Shown here: positions 9,428 to 18,913 of the stretch, one piece after another
How positions within the stretch are numbered: position 1 is the first letter of the stretch
Layout of the letters: the number at the start of each line of letters is the position of its first letter
DNA from: an uncultured Chloroflexia bacterium
GTDB lineage: Bacteria; Chloroflexota; Limnocylindria; Limnocylindrales; CSP1-4
Assembly (NCBI GenBank): GCA_963746845.1
Contig: CAVVCZ010000004.1
Location: 224,001-288,000, forward strand
DNA: 64,000 bases
Direction: 5' to 3'
Made by a program: the position numbers and the translations under genes
Notes under the pieces: generated by a model
Told to the model about the DNA's origin: nothing
Seen by the model: only the letters and a program-made list of their open reading frames with translations
The model's database searches: none

Positions 9428-10857
9428 CAGATCGCCCGGAGGCCCCGCGGCGGCCAGTCCCAGTCGATCGGGGTCGCGGCCGCCGACAGGGCGCGCCGCC
9501 GGCCGGCCTCGGTCGCACCGAGGACGACGATCCGATCGGTCTTGGTGGCACGGCCCGCCTCGGCGCCCCACAGCTTCGTCATCTTCCGGTTCGCCGCGAT
9601 CTCGTCCCGGGCGATCCCGGCCAGCCGGTAGCCCTCCGGCTCGGCCGACTCCTCCCAGACCCGCTCGGCCAGCCCGATCGCGCCCGCGATCGGTCGCCCG
9701 CGATCGGTCTCGACGTCGCCGATCACGAGGACGACGATCGCGTCGTCGGCGAGGATCGAGCGGAGGTCCACGAGGACATCGCGCAGGAACGCGAGGTACG
9801 GCTCGCGGTGGTGGGCGTCGTCGAGGCTCGCGTCGATGGCGCGGGCGTCGAAGCCGAGGAACCACGTGCGCAGCCAGTTGTAGTAGCCGTACTTCACGAC
9901 CCGGAGGTAGGGCGGCGATGTCACCACGAGCCGGGACCGCTCCGGCAGCCCGCGGGCGCGCAGCGCCGATCTCGCCCGTCCCGCCGAATCCCGCGCATCG
10001 CCCAGGAGGGCGATCCCCGGCGACGACGGGAGCGCCTCCCGCTGGAGCCGGGCGAGCTTGCGTTCGAGACCCGTGAACACGTCGCGCTCCGGGGCCGAGA
10101 ACCCGGTTCGCGCCGCGTACTCGCGGACGTAGCGCGGGGCCATGCTGAACGTGTTGGGCATCAGCGGCGAGAGATACGACGCGCTCTTGCCGTGGAGGAT
10201 CCCGGTCATCGCGGCGGCGATGAACCGGTCGGTCCGGTCATCGAGGCGGAGCGCGGCCCGGAGGTACAGGAGCTGGGCGAGCGTCCGCGGGTGGAAGGCG
10301 ACCGCGACCTCGGCGGGGACCGGCTCGGTGGCCTCGCCGATGGGACCGCTGCCGGCCGCCGGGACAAGAACGACCGGGCCGCCGTCCGGTGCGATGACGC
10401 GGCTCGCCAGGTCCAGCCAGGCGCCGGACTGCGCCGTCCATCCGAGCCGCAGGCTCGTCACCCGTGGCGCGGTCTCCGCCCGGCCCGCCGGCTCGACCTT
10501 GGCCGCGGTCAGGAGGTGCGCGAACGGGTTCAGATCGTTGCCGACCCCGATCCGTCCCTCGGCGGTCGCCTCGAGGGGGGTCGTGCCGCGTCCGCTGAAC
10601 GGGTCGAAGACCACGTCACCGCGCCGGCTGTAACGTGCGATGAAGGCGTGAGCGAGCGACGCGGGGAAGCTGGCCAGGTACGAGCACATCGGGTGGAGCG
10701 GGTGGCCCCACAGCCGCTGCTGGTCCTTCCACTCGGGCGCGATCGCGATGGCGGGCAGACCCGGGACGGCGACCGGCGGCCCGACGGACGTGTCGTGCTC
10801 CGTCTCGAGCGACAGGGCGAGCTGGGTCGCGGTCGAGGACCGCGGGTCGTTCGTCAC
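9427..10857 (-). CDS. Site-specific DNA methyltransferase (N4-cytosine/N6-adenine type), orphan
   Basis: Motif I VFDPFSGRGTT precedes motif IV VVTSPPY; HPMCSYLASFP near the N-terminus. Confidence 0.85.
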   Translation of the reverse strand: MTNDPRSSTATQLALSLETEHDTSVGPPVAVPGLPAIAIAPEWKDQQRLWGHPLHPMCSYLASFPASLAHAFIARYSRRGDVVFDPFSGRGTTPLEATAEGRIGVGNDLNPFAHLLTAAKVEPAGRAETAPRVTSLRLGWTAQSGAWLDLASRVIAPDGGPVVLVPAAGSGPIGEATEPVPAEVAVAFHPRTLAQLLYLRAALRLDDRTDRFIAAAMTGILHGKSASYLSPLMPNTFSMAPRYVREYAARTGFSAPERDVFTGLERKLARLQREALPSSPGIALLGDARDSAGRARSALRARGLPERSRLVVTSPPYLRVVKYGYYNWLRTWFLGFDARAIDASLDDAHHREPYLAFLRDVLVDLRSILADDAIVVLVIGDVETDRGRPIAGAIGLAERVWEESAEPEGYRLAGIARDEIAANRKMTKLWGAEAGRATKTDRIVVLGATEAGRRRALSAAATPIDWDWPPRGLRAI

Positions 10858-10969
10858 GTCGGTCGGTGGGCTCCTGCGTCTGACGGGCCGCGGAGCATAC
10901 CACGCACGAATCCGGCTTCCGAGAGGGTGGATCGGCCGGTCGATGCCGCGCGGTGCGGGCGGGCACCGC

Positions 10970-13063
10970 TCAGGCGGCGATCACCCGGTTGCGGCCGGCG
11001 CGCTTGGCCATGACGAGGCCCACGTCGGCGCGCGCGATGATGTCCGAGAACCGATGGTCGTCCGCCCCCATCGACGAGACGCCGGCCGAGACGGTCGCGC
11101 TGACGCGCGTGCCGTCGGTGCCCGGGACGTGGGTCGCGGCGAACGACTTCCGGATCTGCTCGGCGAAGCCCGTGGCCTGTTCGGCCGTCGCGCCCTCGAG
11201 GATCGCGAGGAACTCCTCACCGCCGTACCGCGCGACGAGGTCCGACTCGCGGCACCGCGCCCGGAGCACATCGGCGAACGCGCGCAGGATCGCGTCGCCG
11301 GTCTGGTGGCCGTGCCGCTTGTTGATCGACCCGAACTGGTCGAGGTCGAAGATCACCGCAGCTGCCGGCTCTCGATCGGGCGCGGCCCGCCGGGCGCGGC
11401 TGGCCTCCATCCGGGCCATCGCCCCGTCGAGGTGGCGACGGTTGAACAGCCCCGTCAGCGAGTCGCGGACGGACAGCTCGGTCACCTCCATGTGGAGGAA
11501 CGTGTTCGTGATCGCGAGCGCCACGAGGCCGGCGATGATCGGCAGGGCCTCGAGCTCGTCGGGTGCGAACGGCTTCGCGATGTCCATCCGCAGGATCGTC
11601 AGGGCACCGACGACGACGTCGTCGCGGATCAGCGGCACGGCGGCGCCGGCCATCGGCTCGGTCGGCCCCCCGCCGGCCACGATCACCGGGCTCCGCATCG
11701 GGTCGAACCGGTCATCGACGACGAGCACGCGGTCCCGGATCGCCCGGCCGGCGAGCCCCTCGCCGGGCTCGATCGTCATCCCCAGGTGGCCCTTCTCGGG
11801 CCCGGTGACCGCCCGCAGCACGTACTGGGTCGTCGCACGATCGAGGATCGTCAGGGCCACGGAGTCCGCGCCGAGCAGCGAGCACGCCTCCTCGACGATC
11901 GCCTGGTTGAGCCGCTCGGGATCGAGCGTCCCGTTGACGGCCGCCGCGAACGACGTCAGGTGGCGGAACAGCTCGGCGCGTGCGGCGAGACGCTCGCGAT
12001 CCGCGGCCAGGGCGAGGGCCGATGCAAGACGGTCCGCGACGAGGCCCATCGTGCCGACGTCGCTCTCGTCGAGAGCGGATCCGCTGCTCGCCTCGACGTT
12101 GATGATCCCGACGAGCCCCTCGTCGGCCAGCATCGGGGCGCAGATCTCGGCCCGCACGATGCCCGAGGCGCTTCGGTAGTCCGGGTCGGAGGTGACGTCG
12201 GGGACGAACGCCATGGTCCGGGTTCGCATCACCCGGCCGATGACCCCGCTCGTCCCGTCGAATGTGTCGATGACGGTGTCGTAGCCGCGCTGCGCCGCGA
12301 GCCGCATCCGGCCCGGATCCCCGAGATACACGGAGACGAAGTCGTAGCCGAGGTCCTGGCGGACCATCGAGACGATCCGCTCGAGGGTCGTCGCGTCGGG
12401 CCCGGTCGCCGCGAGGAGCCTGCCCACGCTCTCGACGGCCGCGACCTGGCGCGAGCGCCGCCGGTCACGCGCGAGCAGCGTCGACAGCCGGCGAACCGTC
12501 ACGGTCAGCGCGGAGATGGTCCGCCGAGTCCCGATCGAGATGAGAACGGCGGTGCCGCTGAGCGCGACCGCACGCTGGGCGTCGATCGACCACGAGTCCG
12601 GCGTGGCGGACAGGACGGGCAGCAGGTAGAGGGTGACCGCAGCGACACCGACGAGGATCGCCTGGCGTGTGCCCTGGACCGCCGCCAGGGCGACGACCGG
12701 GATGTAGAGGGCAGCGGCCGGGCGGAAGTCGCCCGAGCGGAGCAGGGCCGTGACGGTCGTGACGTACAGGATGGCCAGGACGAACCGGGCGATGTTGATG
12801 ACCGCCCGCTGGCTCGCGCTCGGGTGCAGGTACGGCGCGGCGACGGCGGCGAGCGTCTGGGCCGCGAGGAACTCGACGCTGATCGCCACGACACGCTCGA
12901 TCTCGTCGTGGTCGCCGACGAACGCGATCAGGAGCGACGTCAGGACCAGCCCGACCGCGAGAAGCGCGTGCGGATCCCGGGTCACCCGATGCAGGGTTCG
13001 CCGGCCGAACCGCGCCTGGCCGTGGGCACGCCCCGGCGCGGTCGAGACACGGATCGTCGTCAT
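10970..13063 (-). CDS. Membrane-bound GAF-GAF-GGDEF diguanylate cyclase
   Basis: N-terminal TM helices, two GAF-like regions, RDSLTGLFNRR, RESD I-site, RYGGEEF; start could be 13102. Confidence 0.9.
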   Translation of the reverse strand: MTTIRVSTAPGRAHGQARFGRRTLHRVTRDPHALLAVGLVLTSLLIAFVGDHDEIERVVAISVEFLAAQTLAAVAAPYLHPSASQRAVINIARFVLAILYVTTVTALLRSGDFRPAAALYIPVVALAAVQGTRQAILVGVAAVTLYLLPVLSATPDSWSIDAQRAVALSGTAVLISIGTRRTISALTVTVRRLSTLLARDRRRSRQVAAVESVGRLLAATGPDATTLERIVSMVRQDLGYDFVSVYLGDPGRMRLAAQRGYDTVIDTFDGTSGVIGRVMRTRTMAFVPDVTSDPDYRSASGIVRAEICAPMLADEGLVGIINVEASSGSALDESDVGTMGLVADRLASALALAADRERLAARAELFRHLTSFAAAVNGTLDPERLNQAIVEEACSLLGADSVALTILDRATTQYVLRAVTGPEKGHLGMTIEPGEGLAGRAIRDRVLVVDDRFDPMRSPVIVAGGGPTEPMAGAAVPLIRDDVVVGALTILRMDIAKPFAPDELEALPIIAGLVALAITNTFLHMEVTELSVRDSLTGLFNRRHLDGAMARMEASRARRAAPDREPAAAVIFDLDQFGSINKRHGHQTGDAILRAFADVLRARCRESDLVARYGGEEFLAILEGATAEQATGFAEQIRKSFAATHVPGTDGTRVSATVSAGVSSMGADDHRFSDIIARADVGLVMAKRAGRNRVIAA

Positions 13064-13191
13064 CGCCCTGCACCGTACCGGTGCGCCCACGCGCCGGACC
13101 ACCCGCCGGAGGTCCCGTGCGTGCTGGTCCGTTCGACGGGAGCCCCGGTCATCGCGCCCCGTGTGCCCGGATGGGTAGACTCGCCCCGCAC

Positions 13192-13267
13192 GTCCCCGTA
13201 GCTCAGTGGACAGAGCAGCCGCCTTCTAAGCGGAAGGTCCCGCGTTCGAGTCGCGGCGGGGACGCCA
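13192..13267 (+). tRNA. tRNA-Arg (TCT)
   Basis: Acceptor GTCCCCG/CGGGGAC, D arm GCTCAGTGGACAGAGC, anticodon loop CTTCTAA, T loop TTCGAGT, CCA end. Confidence 0.96.
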
Positions 13268-13280
13268 GCCATCGCCCGAC

Positions 13281-13574
13281 TCAGCCCAGGTCGGCGCCCT
13301 CCATCTCCATCTCGTCGGGGTCGTCGAGGGCTTCGTCTGCGTAGCACCAGCGCCAGGATTCACCGGGCTGGATCGACCGTGCGACGGGGTGGCCGGTCTG
13401 GGCGAAGTGGGCCGACGCGTGACGGTTCTTGCTCATGTCGCAGCAGGCGACGTTGCCGCACGTCGTGCACATCCGGAGATGGACCCACTCGTCGCCGAGG
13501 GCCACGCAGGCGGCGCAGCCCACGCTGGCCGGGACGGCCTCGCGCGTTTCCCAGAGGTGGGGACAGGTGCTCAT
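13281..13574 (-). CDS. UBP-type zinc finger domain protein
   Basis: CPHL...GCAAC...WVHLRMCTTCGNVACCDMSKNRHASAHF...WRWCYAD. Confidence 0.9.
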   Translation of the reverse strand: MSTCPHLWETREAVPASVGCAACVALGDEWVHLRMCTTCGNVACCDMSKNRHASAHFAQTGHPVARSIQPGESWRWCYADEALDDPDEMEMEGADLG

Positions 13575-13664
13575 CGGCCCGCAGCGTACCGCGTGCGGGC
13601 CGATGGGTTCGATCGGCCGTTGGCCGAAGGGCGGCGGCGCCGATGCGACGGCGCCGCGCGGGTC

Positions 13665-14732
13665 TCAGGCGGCGGCTGCGGTCCGGGCCTGGTCGATGAG
13701 GCTCTGGGCCTCCTTGATCGGGATCGCGAAGCCGATCCCCTCGGCGGTCGCGGCGGTGGCGGTGTTGACGCCGACGACCTCGCCGGCCGCGTTCAGGAGC
13801 GGTCCGCCGCTGTTGCCGGGGTTGATCGCCGCGTCGGTCTGGATCAGGCCGCTGAGCGTGACCGGGCGACCGGTCTGCTCGTCCTGGACCTGGATCGAGC
13901 GGTCGAGCGCCGACACGATCCCCTTCGTGACCGTCTCGGTGAACGTCCCGAGAGGGCTGCCGATCGCGATCGCCGTCTGGCCGACCTGGATCGCGTCCGA
14001 GTTGCCGATGGTCGCCGGCTTCAGGCCCGTGGCGTCGATCTTCACGAGGGCGAGGTCCTGCGTGTCCGAGATCTTCACGACGTTCGCGGGGTACTCCGTC
14101 CCGTCGGCCATGGTCGCCTTGAGCGACTGCGAGCCCTCGACGACGTGGCGATTGGTCAATGCGTATCCGTCGGCGGTCAGGACGATCCCGGTGCCGATCC
14201 CGGTCGCGGTGCCGCCACCGAAGAAGCCGCCGCCCCGGCCGGTGCTGATCTCCGAGGTGAGCGTCACGACCGAGTCGCGGACGTTGGCGACGACGCCCGT
14301 GATGTCCTCCTGCTGGATTGACGTCGAGCCGTTCGAGCCGGGGTTCGCGGCGGTGGTCGAGGCGGACGCCGGTGTCGTGGCGGTGGTGCGGGGAAGGGCG
14401 ACCTCGACGAGAGCGGCGGTCGAGACGGACGCCACCAGGGCGGCGACGAGGGCGGTTCCGGCGACGGCCCCGAGCGATCGTCGACCACCGGACGAGCTGC
14501 CACGGGACGAGCTCGCCCCACCTGACGCCTCGAACGCGGGCACCTCGGCGGCACGGGCCGTCGGCCACGCCGCCGGTGCCGGGGCCGGCGTGACGGGCAC
14601 GGAGGCCGCCGCCCAACCGAGCGGCTGCGACGGCGTGGGCGGCCAGGTGGCGCCCGCCTGGGGCTGCCACGGCTGGGTCGGCGGGTTCGGCGGGTTTGGC
14701 GTCGGCTGGCTGAACGGGTCGTTCGGGTTCAT
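13665..14732 (-). CDS. Membrane-anchored HtrA/PepD-like trypsin serine protease lacking a PDZ domain
   Basis: LTNRHVV, DLAL and IQTDAAINPGNSGGPL triad motifs; Pro-rich N-terminus plus TM; ends right after the protease domain. Confidence 0.9.
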   Translation of the reverse strand: MNPNDPFSQPTPNPPNPPTQPWQPQAGATWPPTPSQPLGWAAASVPVTPAPAPAAWPTARAAEVPAFEASGGASSSRGSSSGGRRSLGAVAGTALVAALVASVSTAALVEVALPRTTATTPASASTTAANPGSNGSTSIQQEDITGVVANVRDSVVTLTSEISTGRGGGFFGGGTATGIGTGIVLTADGYALTNRHVVEGSQSLKATMADGTEYPANVVKISDTQDLALVKIDATGLKPATIGNSDAIQVGQTAIAIGSPLGTFTETVTKGIVSALDRSIQVQDEQTGRPVTLSGLIQTDAAINPGNSGGPLLNAAGEVVGVNTATAATAEGIGFAIPIKEAQSLIDQARTAAAA

Positions 14733-14790
14733 CGGGAGACTTCTCCGGTCGCGGACTGGTCGGTGTTGTCTCCCATGACATCGTGCCGGA

Positions 14791-14807
14791 CTGAGAACAG
14801 CCTGAGA
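14791..14807 (-). promoter_or_regulatory. MprA-like direct-repeat box upstream of the htrA-like gene
   Basis: Minus strand TCTCAG-gctgt-TCTCAG. Confidence 0.65.
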
Positions 14808-14875
14808 CATGTCTCCCGGACTTGGAAGCGCGCGAGCCGGTGGGCTCGCGCGCTCGTGCGGAACGGGGTGACGGA

Positions 14876-16054
14876 CTAGCCGGTGCTGCCGCTCGGTGCC
14901 GGGGATCCGTTCGACTGGACCTTCGGCTTGTCAGGGTGATCGCCCTTGGCGCGGGGTTGTCCCGCCCGGACGGCCGTCGCGTCGAGCGAGCCGTCGGTCC
15001 GCTGCGTGCCCTTGACGACGATCACCATGCCGGCCTTGACGTCGGACACGGTGGCCTTGTCGACGCCCCCGACGCCGATCGTCGTGGCGCTCCCGACGTG
15101 GACCGTCAGCTTCGTGCCGTCCCGGCGCAGGACGGTGATCGTGTTGCCGCTCACCGAGTCGACCGTCCCACCGACGCGCGGAAGGATGATTGTCACGCTC
15201 GTCGCGGTCATGTTGCCGGTGTTCGCCTGCTCCCCGGTGACGCTGACGACGGAGCCGACCTTCAGGTCGGACCGGCTGCCGTCCGCGTTGTCCAGGTGGT
15301 ACTTGGTCGAGCTGTTCGTGTTGATCGTCTCGGTCGTGTTGCCACGGACCTTGATCGTGAACGAGTTCGCGTCGACGGCCGTGACCGAGCCCGCGGCCCG
15401 GGGCAGGACGATCGCCAGCGCGGTGATCGTGTAGGTGCCGTCGTCGTTCTTCTTCTGCCCGAACCGCACGGTGTCGCCGACCGAGACGTCGGCGATCGTC
15501 GCGGGCTCGCCGCCCTTCGTGATCTTCGCGTCGGACGGGACGGTGATCGTCCGGGTCCACCCGTCGCTCGTGGCGAGCGAGACCTTGCTGCCGGAGACGG
15601 CGGTGACGGTGATCTTGCCGGACCCGACGCCGCCGAAGCGGTCGCCACGGCCGGCGCCGTTGCCCTTGCCGGCCGAGAACGGAGCGAAGACGCCGAACGG
15701 GCCGAAGCCGCGGGACGCGCCCTGGTCGCCGGCCTTGTCAGGGTCCTTCGAGGGCTGCGCCGCGGCGGCGGACGGATCCGCGCCGGCGTTCGAGGTCGAA
15801 GCGCCGGGGTCCGGCGACGCACCCATCACGACGGCGGTCCCGAGCGCGACCACCAGGGCCGCACCCAGGACGATGCCCGCGCGGATCGCGGAGGTGCGGT
15901 CCGGCGTGCGCCCGCCGAAGGCGGCACTGGAGGCCGGCGCCGGCGCGGCTGGCGTCGAATCGAACGGCTCGATCCGCGTGCTATCGACCCCGCCGAACGG
16001 CTCGGTCACGGGGTCGAGGTCCCGGTTGAGGGCATCGCCGGTATTTTCGTGCAT
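14876..16054 (-). CDS. DUF5666-like repeat, membrane-anchored protein
   Basis: One TM helix then three OB-like repeats (G.VTAV.G...T.T...T......DVKVG..V.V.G......TATSV). Confidence 0.8.
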   Translation of the reverse strand: MHENTGDALNRDLDPVTEPFGGVDSTRIEPFDSTPAAPAPASSAAFGGRTPDRTSAIRAGIVLGAALVVALGTAVVMGASPDPGASTSNAGADPSAAAAQPSKDPDKAGDQGASRGFGPFGVFAPFSAGKGNGAGRGDRFGGVGSGKITVTAVSGSKVSLATSDGWTRTITVPSDAKITKGGEPATIADVSVGDTVRFGQKKNDDGTYTITALAIVLPRAAGSVTAVDANSFTIKVRGNTTETINTNSSTKYHLDNADGSRSDLKVGSVVSVTGEQANTGNMTATSVTIILPRVGGTVDSVSGNTITVLRRDGTKLTVHVGSATTIGVGGVDKATVSDVKAGMVIVVKGTQRTDGSLDATAVRAGQPRAKGDHPDKPKVQSNGSPAPSGSTG

Positions 16055-16117
16055 CGTCGCTCCGATGAAGCGTCGCGGGATGATGGCGGCAGTTCAGGAC
16101 ATCATCTCGCACGAAAT

Positions 16118-16134
16118 CTGAGCGAGTCCTGAGA
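16118..16134 (-). promoter_or_regulatory. MprA-like direct-repeat box upstream of the DUF5666-like gene
   Basis: Minus strand TCTCAG-gactc-GCTCAG. Confidence 0.55.
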
Positions 16135-16183
16135 ATGGTGCATGGATGCCACGCGTCCTCGGGCGAGCCCGGTCGGGACGTGG

Positions 16184-17581
16184 TCAGGCCTGGCGTGGCC
16201 CCCCCGGAGCGAGGATCGGCCCGGGATCGGTGGCCGGAGCCGGAGGCACCTCGGCGGCGGGCAGGCGGACGGTGAACCGCGCGCCTCCCTCGGGCCGGTT
16301 GGCCACCGTGATCCGGCCGTCGTGGAGGTCGACGATCGACTTCGCGATCGCCAGGCCGAGCCCGGTCCCGCCGGCCTGCGCGCCAGGGGCGCGCCAGAAC
16401 CGGTCGAAGATCCGGGGCATGTCCTCGGGGCGGATGCCGGGCCCGTCGTCGTCGACCACGACGGTGACGTCCTGCCGATCGGCCCGGACCCGGACGAGCA
16501 CCGAGCCGCCGCGCGGCGTGTGGCGGATCCCGTTGTCGACGAGGATCACGATCAGCTGCCGCAGCCGGGCCCCGTCGCCACGGACCATCGCCGGCTCCGG
16601 GTCGAGCCCGAGGGAGACGCCGCGTTCTGCGGCGGGCTTCGCCAGCGCTCCGGCGCCGTCAGCCGCGACGTCGCCGAGATCGACCGGCATCCGGTTCAGG
16701 GTGATGGCCCCGGAGTCGGACCGGGCGAGGAGAAGGAGATCGTCGACCAGGGCGGTCATCTGTCCGACCTCGGCGTCGATGTCATCGAGCGCCTCGGTCG
16801 TGGCGGCCGCCTCGCCGCGGTTCCGGCGGAGATGCTCCACGGAGCTGCGGATCACCGTGAGCGGCGTCCGGAGCTCGTGGCTCGCGTCGGCGGCGAACTC
16901 GCGCTGCCGGTGGAGGGCCGACCGCTGGGAATCGAGCGACTCCCGGATCGGCACCAGGGCCCGTCGCGCGTAGATCGTGCCGAAGCCGACCGAGACCAGG
17001 ACCACCACGGCACCGCCGACCAGGAGCACGCGCAGGATCGCGTCGAGCGTCTGCTGCTCGGCCGTCCGGTCCTGGATCACCTGGATGTAGACGGTTCCAA
17101 CGTTCGCGTCCACCCGCTCGGTCATCGCCCGGATCGGCAGCGTGCCGATCGTCGACGGACGGATGTCGGCAGTGCCGCTGTCGACGGCTGCCGCCAGCGA
17201 GTCCTTGACCGGGAGACCCGGCGGGAGCTGGACGCCACGGCCGAGGTTGTTGCCATCGGCATCGACGGCCATCGCGAAGGTGCCGCTCGAGTTGCCGCCG
17301 AAGATGAAGCCGTATTCAGGCCCGCCTGGCCGTCCCCGCGGGTTCTGGATCTGGTCGACGATCTCGTCGGTCCGGTCCTCGAGCTGTTGCACGCCGTTCG
17401 CCTGGAGCGTGCGCGCCGCGCTCCAGTACAGGAGCATGCCGAGGATCGCAAGGACGACGAGGGTCGACAGGCCGCTCCAGAAGACCAGGCGCCACCGGAC
17501 GGTCCGGATCATCCGGGCGTCCGCCGCGATCGCCTCCGCGTCCGCCGGGTCGAGACCCGGCGTCAGCGCGCCGTCAGGCAC
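16184..17581 (-). CDS. Sensor histidine kinase (two TM, HisKA, HATPase)
   Basis: FAADASHELRTPL, ILVDNGIRH, DDGPGI, GGTGLGLAI; overlaps the response regulator stop. Confidence 0.92.
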   Translation of the reverse strand: MPDGALTPGLDPADAEAIAADARMIRTVRWRLVFWSGLSTLVVLAILGMLLYWSAARTLQANGVQQLEDRTDEIVDQIQNPRGRPGGPEYGFIFGGNSSGTFAMAVDADGNNLGRGVQLPPGLPVKDSLAAAVDSGTADIRPSTIGTLPIRAMTERVDANVGTVYIQVIQDRTAEQQTLDAILRVLLVGGAVVVLVSVGFGTIYARRALVPIRESLDSQRSALHRQREFAADASHELRTPLTVIRSSVEHLRRNRGEAAATTEALDDIDAEVGQMTALVDDLLLLARSDSGAITLNRMPVDLGDVAADGAGALAKPAAERGVSLGLDPEPAMVRGDGARLRQLIVILVDNGIRHTPRGGSVLVRVRADRQDVTVVVDDDGPGIRPEDMPRIFDRFWRAPGAQAGGTGLGLAIAKSIVDLHDGRITVANRPEGGARFTVRLPAAEVPPAPATDPGPILAPGGPRQA

Positions 17582-18251
17582 CGTTGAGGCGATACCCGAT
17601 GCCCCGGACCGTCTCGATCCGGTCCCCCTCCGGCCCGAGCTTGGTCCGGAGGTAGTGGACGTAGGCGTCCACGGCATTGGGCGTGACGGCGACCCCGAAC
17701 GGCCAGGCCTGGTCGAGGAGCTGGTCGCGGCTCAGTGCCTGACCGGGGTGGCGGAGCAAGGATTCGAGCAGGGAGAACTCGCGGGGGCTCAGGTCGACCG
17801 GCCGGTCGTGGACCGTGACCGTGCGGGACGCCTCGTCGAGGCTGATCGGACCCGCGATCAGGCGCGGCTCGGGACGCCGGGCGGCGCTCTCGGCGCGCCG
17901 GGCGAGGGCGCGGAGGCGCGCCGCGAGCTCGTCGTAGCTGAACGGCTTCACGACGTAGTCGTCCGCCCCGGAGTCGAGACCGCTGACGCGGTCGCCGACC
18001 GTGTCACGCGCGGTGAGCATCAGGATCGCGAGCTCCTTGCGCTCGCGTCGGATCTGGCGGGCGACCTCGAGGCCGGAGATGTCGGGCAGGCCGATGTCGA
18101 GGATGACGACGTCGATGCCGTTCTCGCCGAGGGCGATCTCGAGCCCGGTCTCTCCGTCGGCGGCGATCTCGACGTTGTGGCGGTCCTGCTCGAGGAGCCG
18201 CGCCAGCGATCTGCTGAGACGCGGGTCGTCCTCGACGAGGAGGATCTTCAT
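17574..18251 (-). CDS. OmpR/PhoB-family response regulator (MprA-like)
   Basis: KILLVEDD, ILDIGLP, MLTARD, GADDYVVKPF, IETVRGIGY. Confidence 0.95.
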   Translation of the reverse strand: MKILLVEDDPRLSRSLARLLEQDRHNVEIAADGETGLEIALGENGIDVVILDIGLPDISGLEVARQIRRERKELAILMLTARDTVGDRVSGLDSGADDYVVKPFSYDELAARLRALARRAESAARRPEPRLIAGPISLDEASRTVTVHDRPVDLSPREFSLLESLLRHPGQALSRDQLLDQAWPFGVAVTPNAVDAYVHYLRTKLGPEGDRIETVRGIGYRLNGA

Positions 18252-18421
18252 CGGGCTGGTGGTCCTTCTCCTGGCGTGCGGTTCACGCGTGCTCGGACGA
18301 TCGTGCCAGAGGTTGTCGAGTCGATGGTGTCGTGGGCCGAAGGTTGTTCCCTGCCATGGGCCGAGGTGGAGGAGGAGAGTCGACCCACGGCAGGGATCGA
18401 GATGGATGCTCGAACGAGCCC

Positions 18422-18438
18422 CTGAGAGGGTCGTGAGA
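18422..18438 (-). promoter_or_regulatory. MprA-like direct-repeat box upstream of the response regulator
   Basis: Minus strand TCTCAC-gaccc-TCTCAG. Confidence 0.55.
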
Positions 18439-18621
18439 TCGCGACGCGTCCCTCCGGGCCTGCGGCCGGCGAGGGACGTTGGTACCAGCGACTAGCCCAA
18501 AGTACGGCTTGGCGACCCTTCGGAGGCACCCATACGCTCCGCCCATCAACAAGCCGCACTCCACCCCGCGCCACCCTTCGGGTGCGGACGCCATCCTCGC
18601 GTACAGAAAGGCAACGACCAT

Positions 18622-18816
18622 ATGGGCTCTATGGCCGTGAATGAGCTGGGGCCGATGCTCACCGCGACGGAAGTCGCCGAGATGCTCCACCTCCACGTGA
18701 ATACGGTGAAGCGACTCGGGGATCGCGGCGAGCTTCCGTTCTATCGCGTCTGCAAGCGGGGCGATCGTCGCTTCCGCCTCGATGACGTGATGAAGTTCCT
18801 CGCCCAGAACCGCTGA
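18622..18816 (+). CDS. Small MerR-like/excisionase-type HTH protein (BldC-like)
   Basis: MLTATEVAEMLHLHVNTVKRLGDRGELPFYRVCKRGDRRF; AGAAAGG RBS. Confidence 0.85.
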   Translation: MGSMAVNELGPMLTATEVAEMLHLHVNTVKRLGDRGELPFYRVCKRGDRRFRLDDVMKFLAQNR

Positions 18817-18913
18817 TCCGAGCCTGATCGGGCGGTTCCGCCGCTGACGACTGTTCTCTCTCACGAGGCGTCCGTCCCATCGTGGCGGGCGCTTCGCCGT
18901 GTCCGGGGGTGCC

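Noticed and set aside
13360-14781. Alternative-frame ORF starting MSWETTPTSP as the protease N-terminus
   Set aside because: The protease frame has its own GGAG RBS, an ATG at 14732 and a typical Pro-rich N-terminus.
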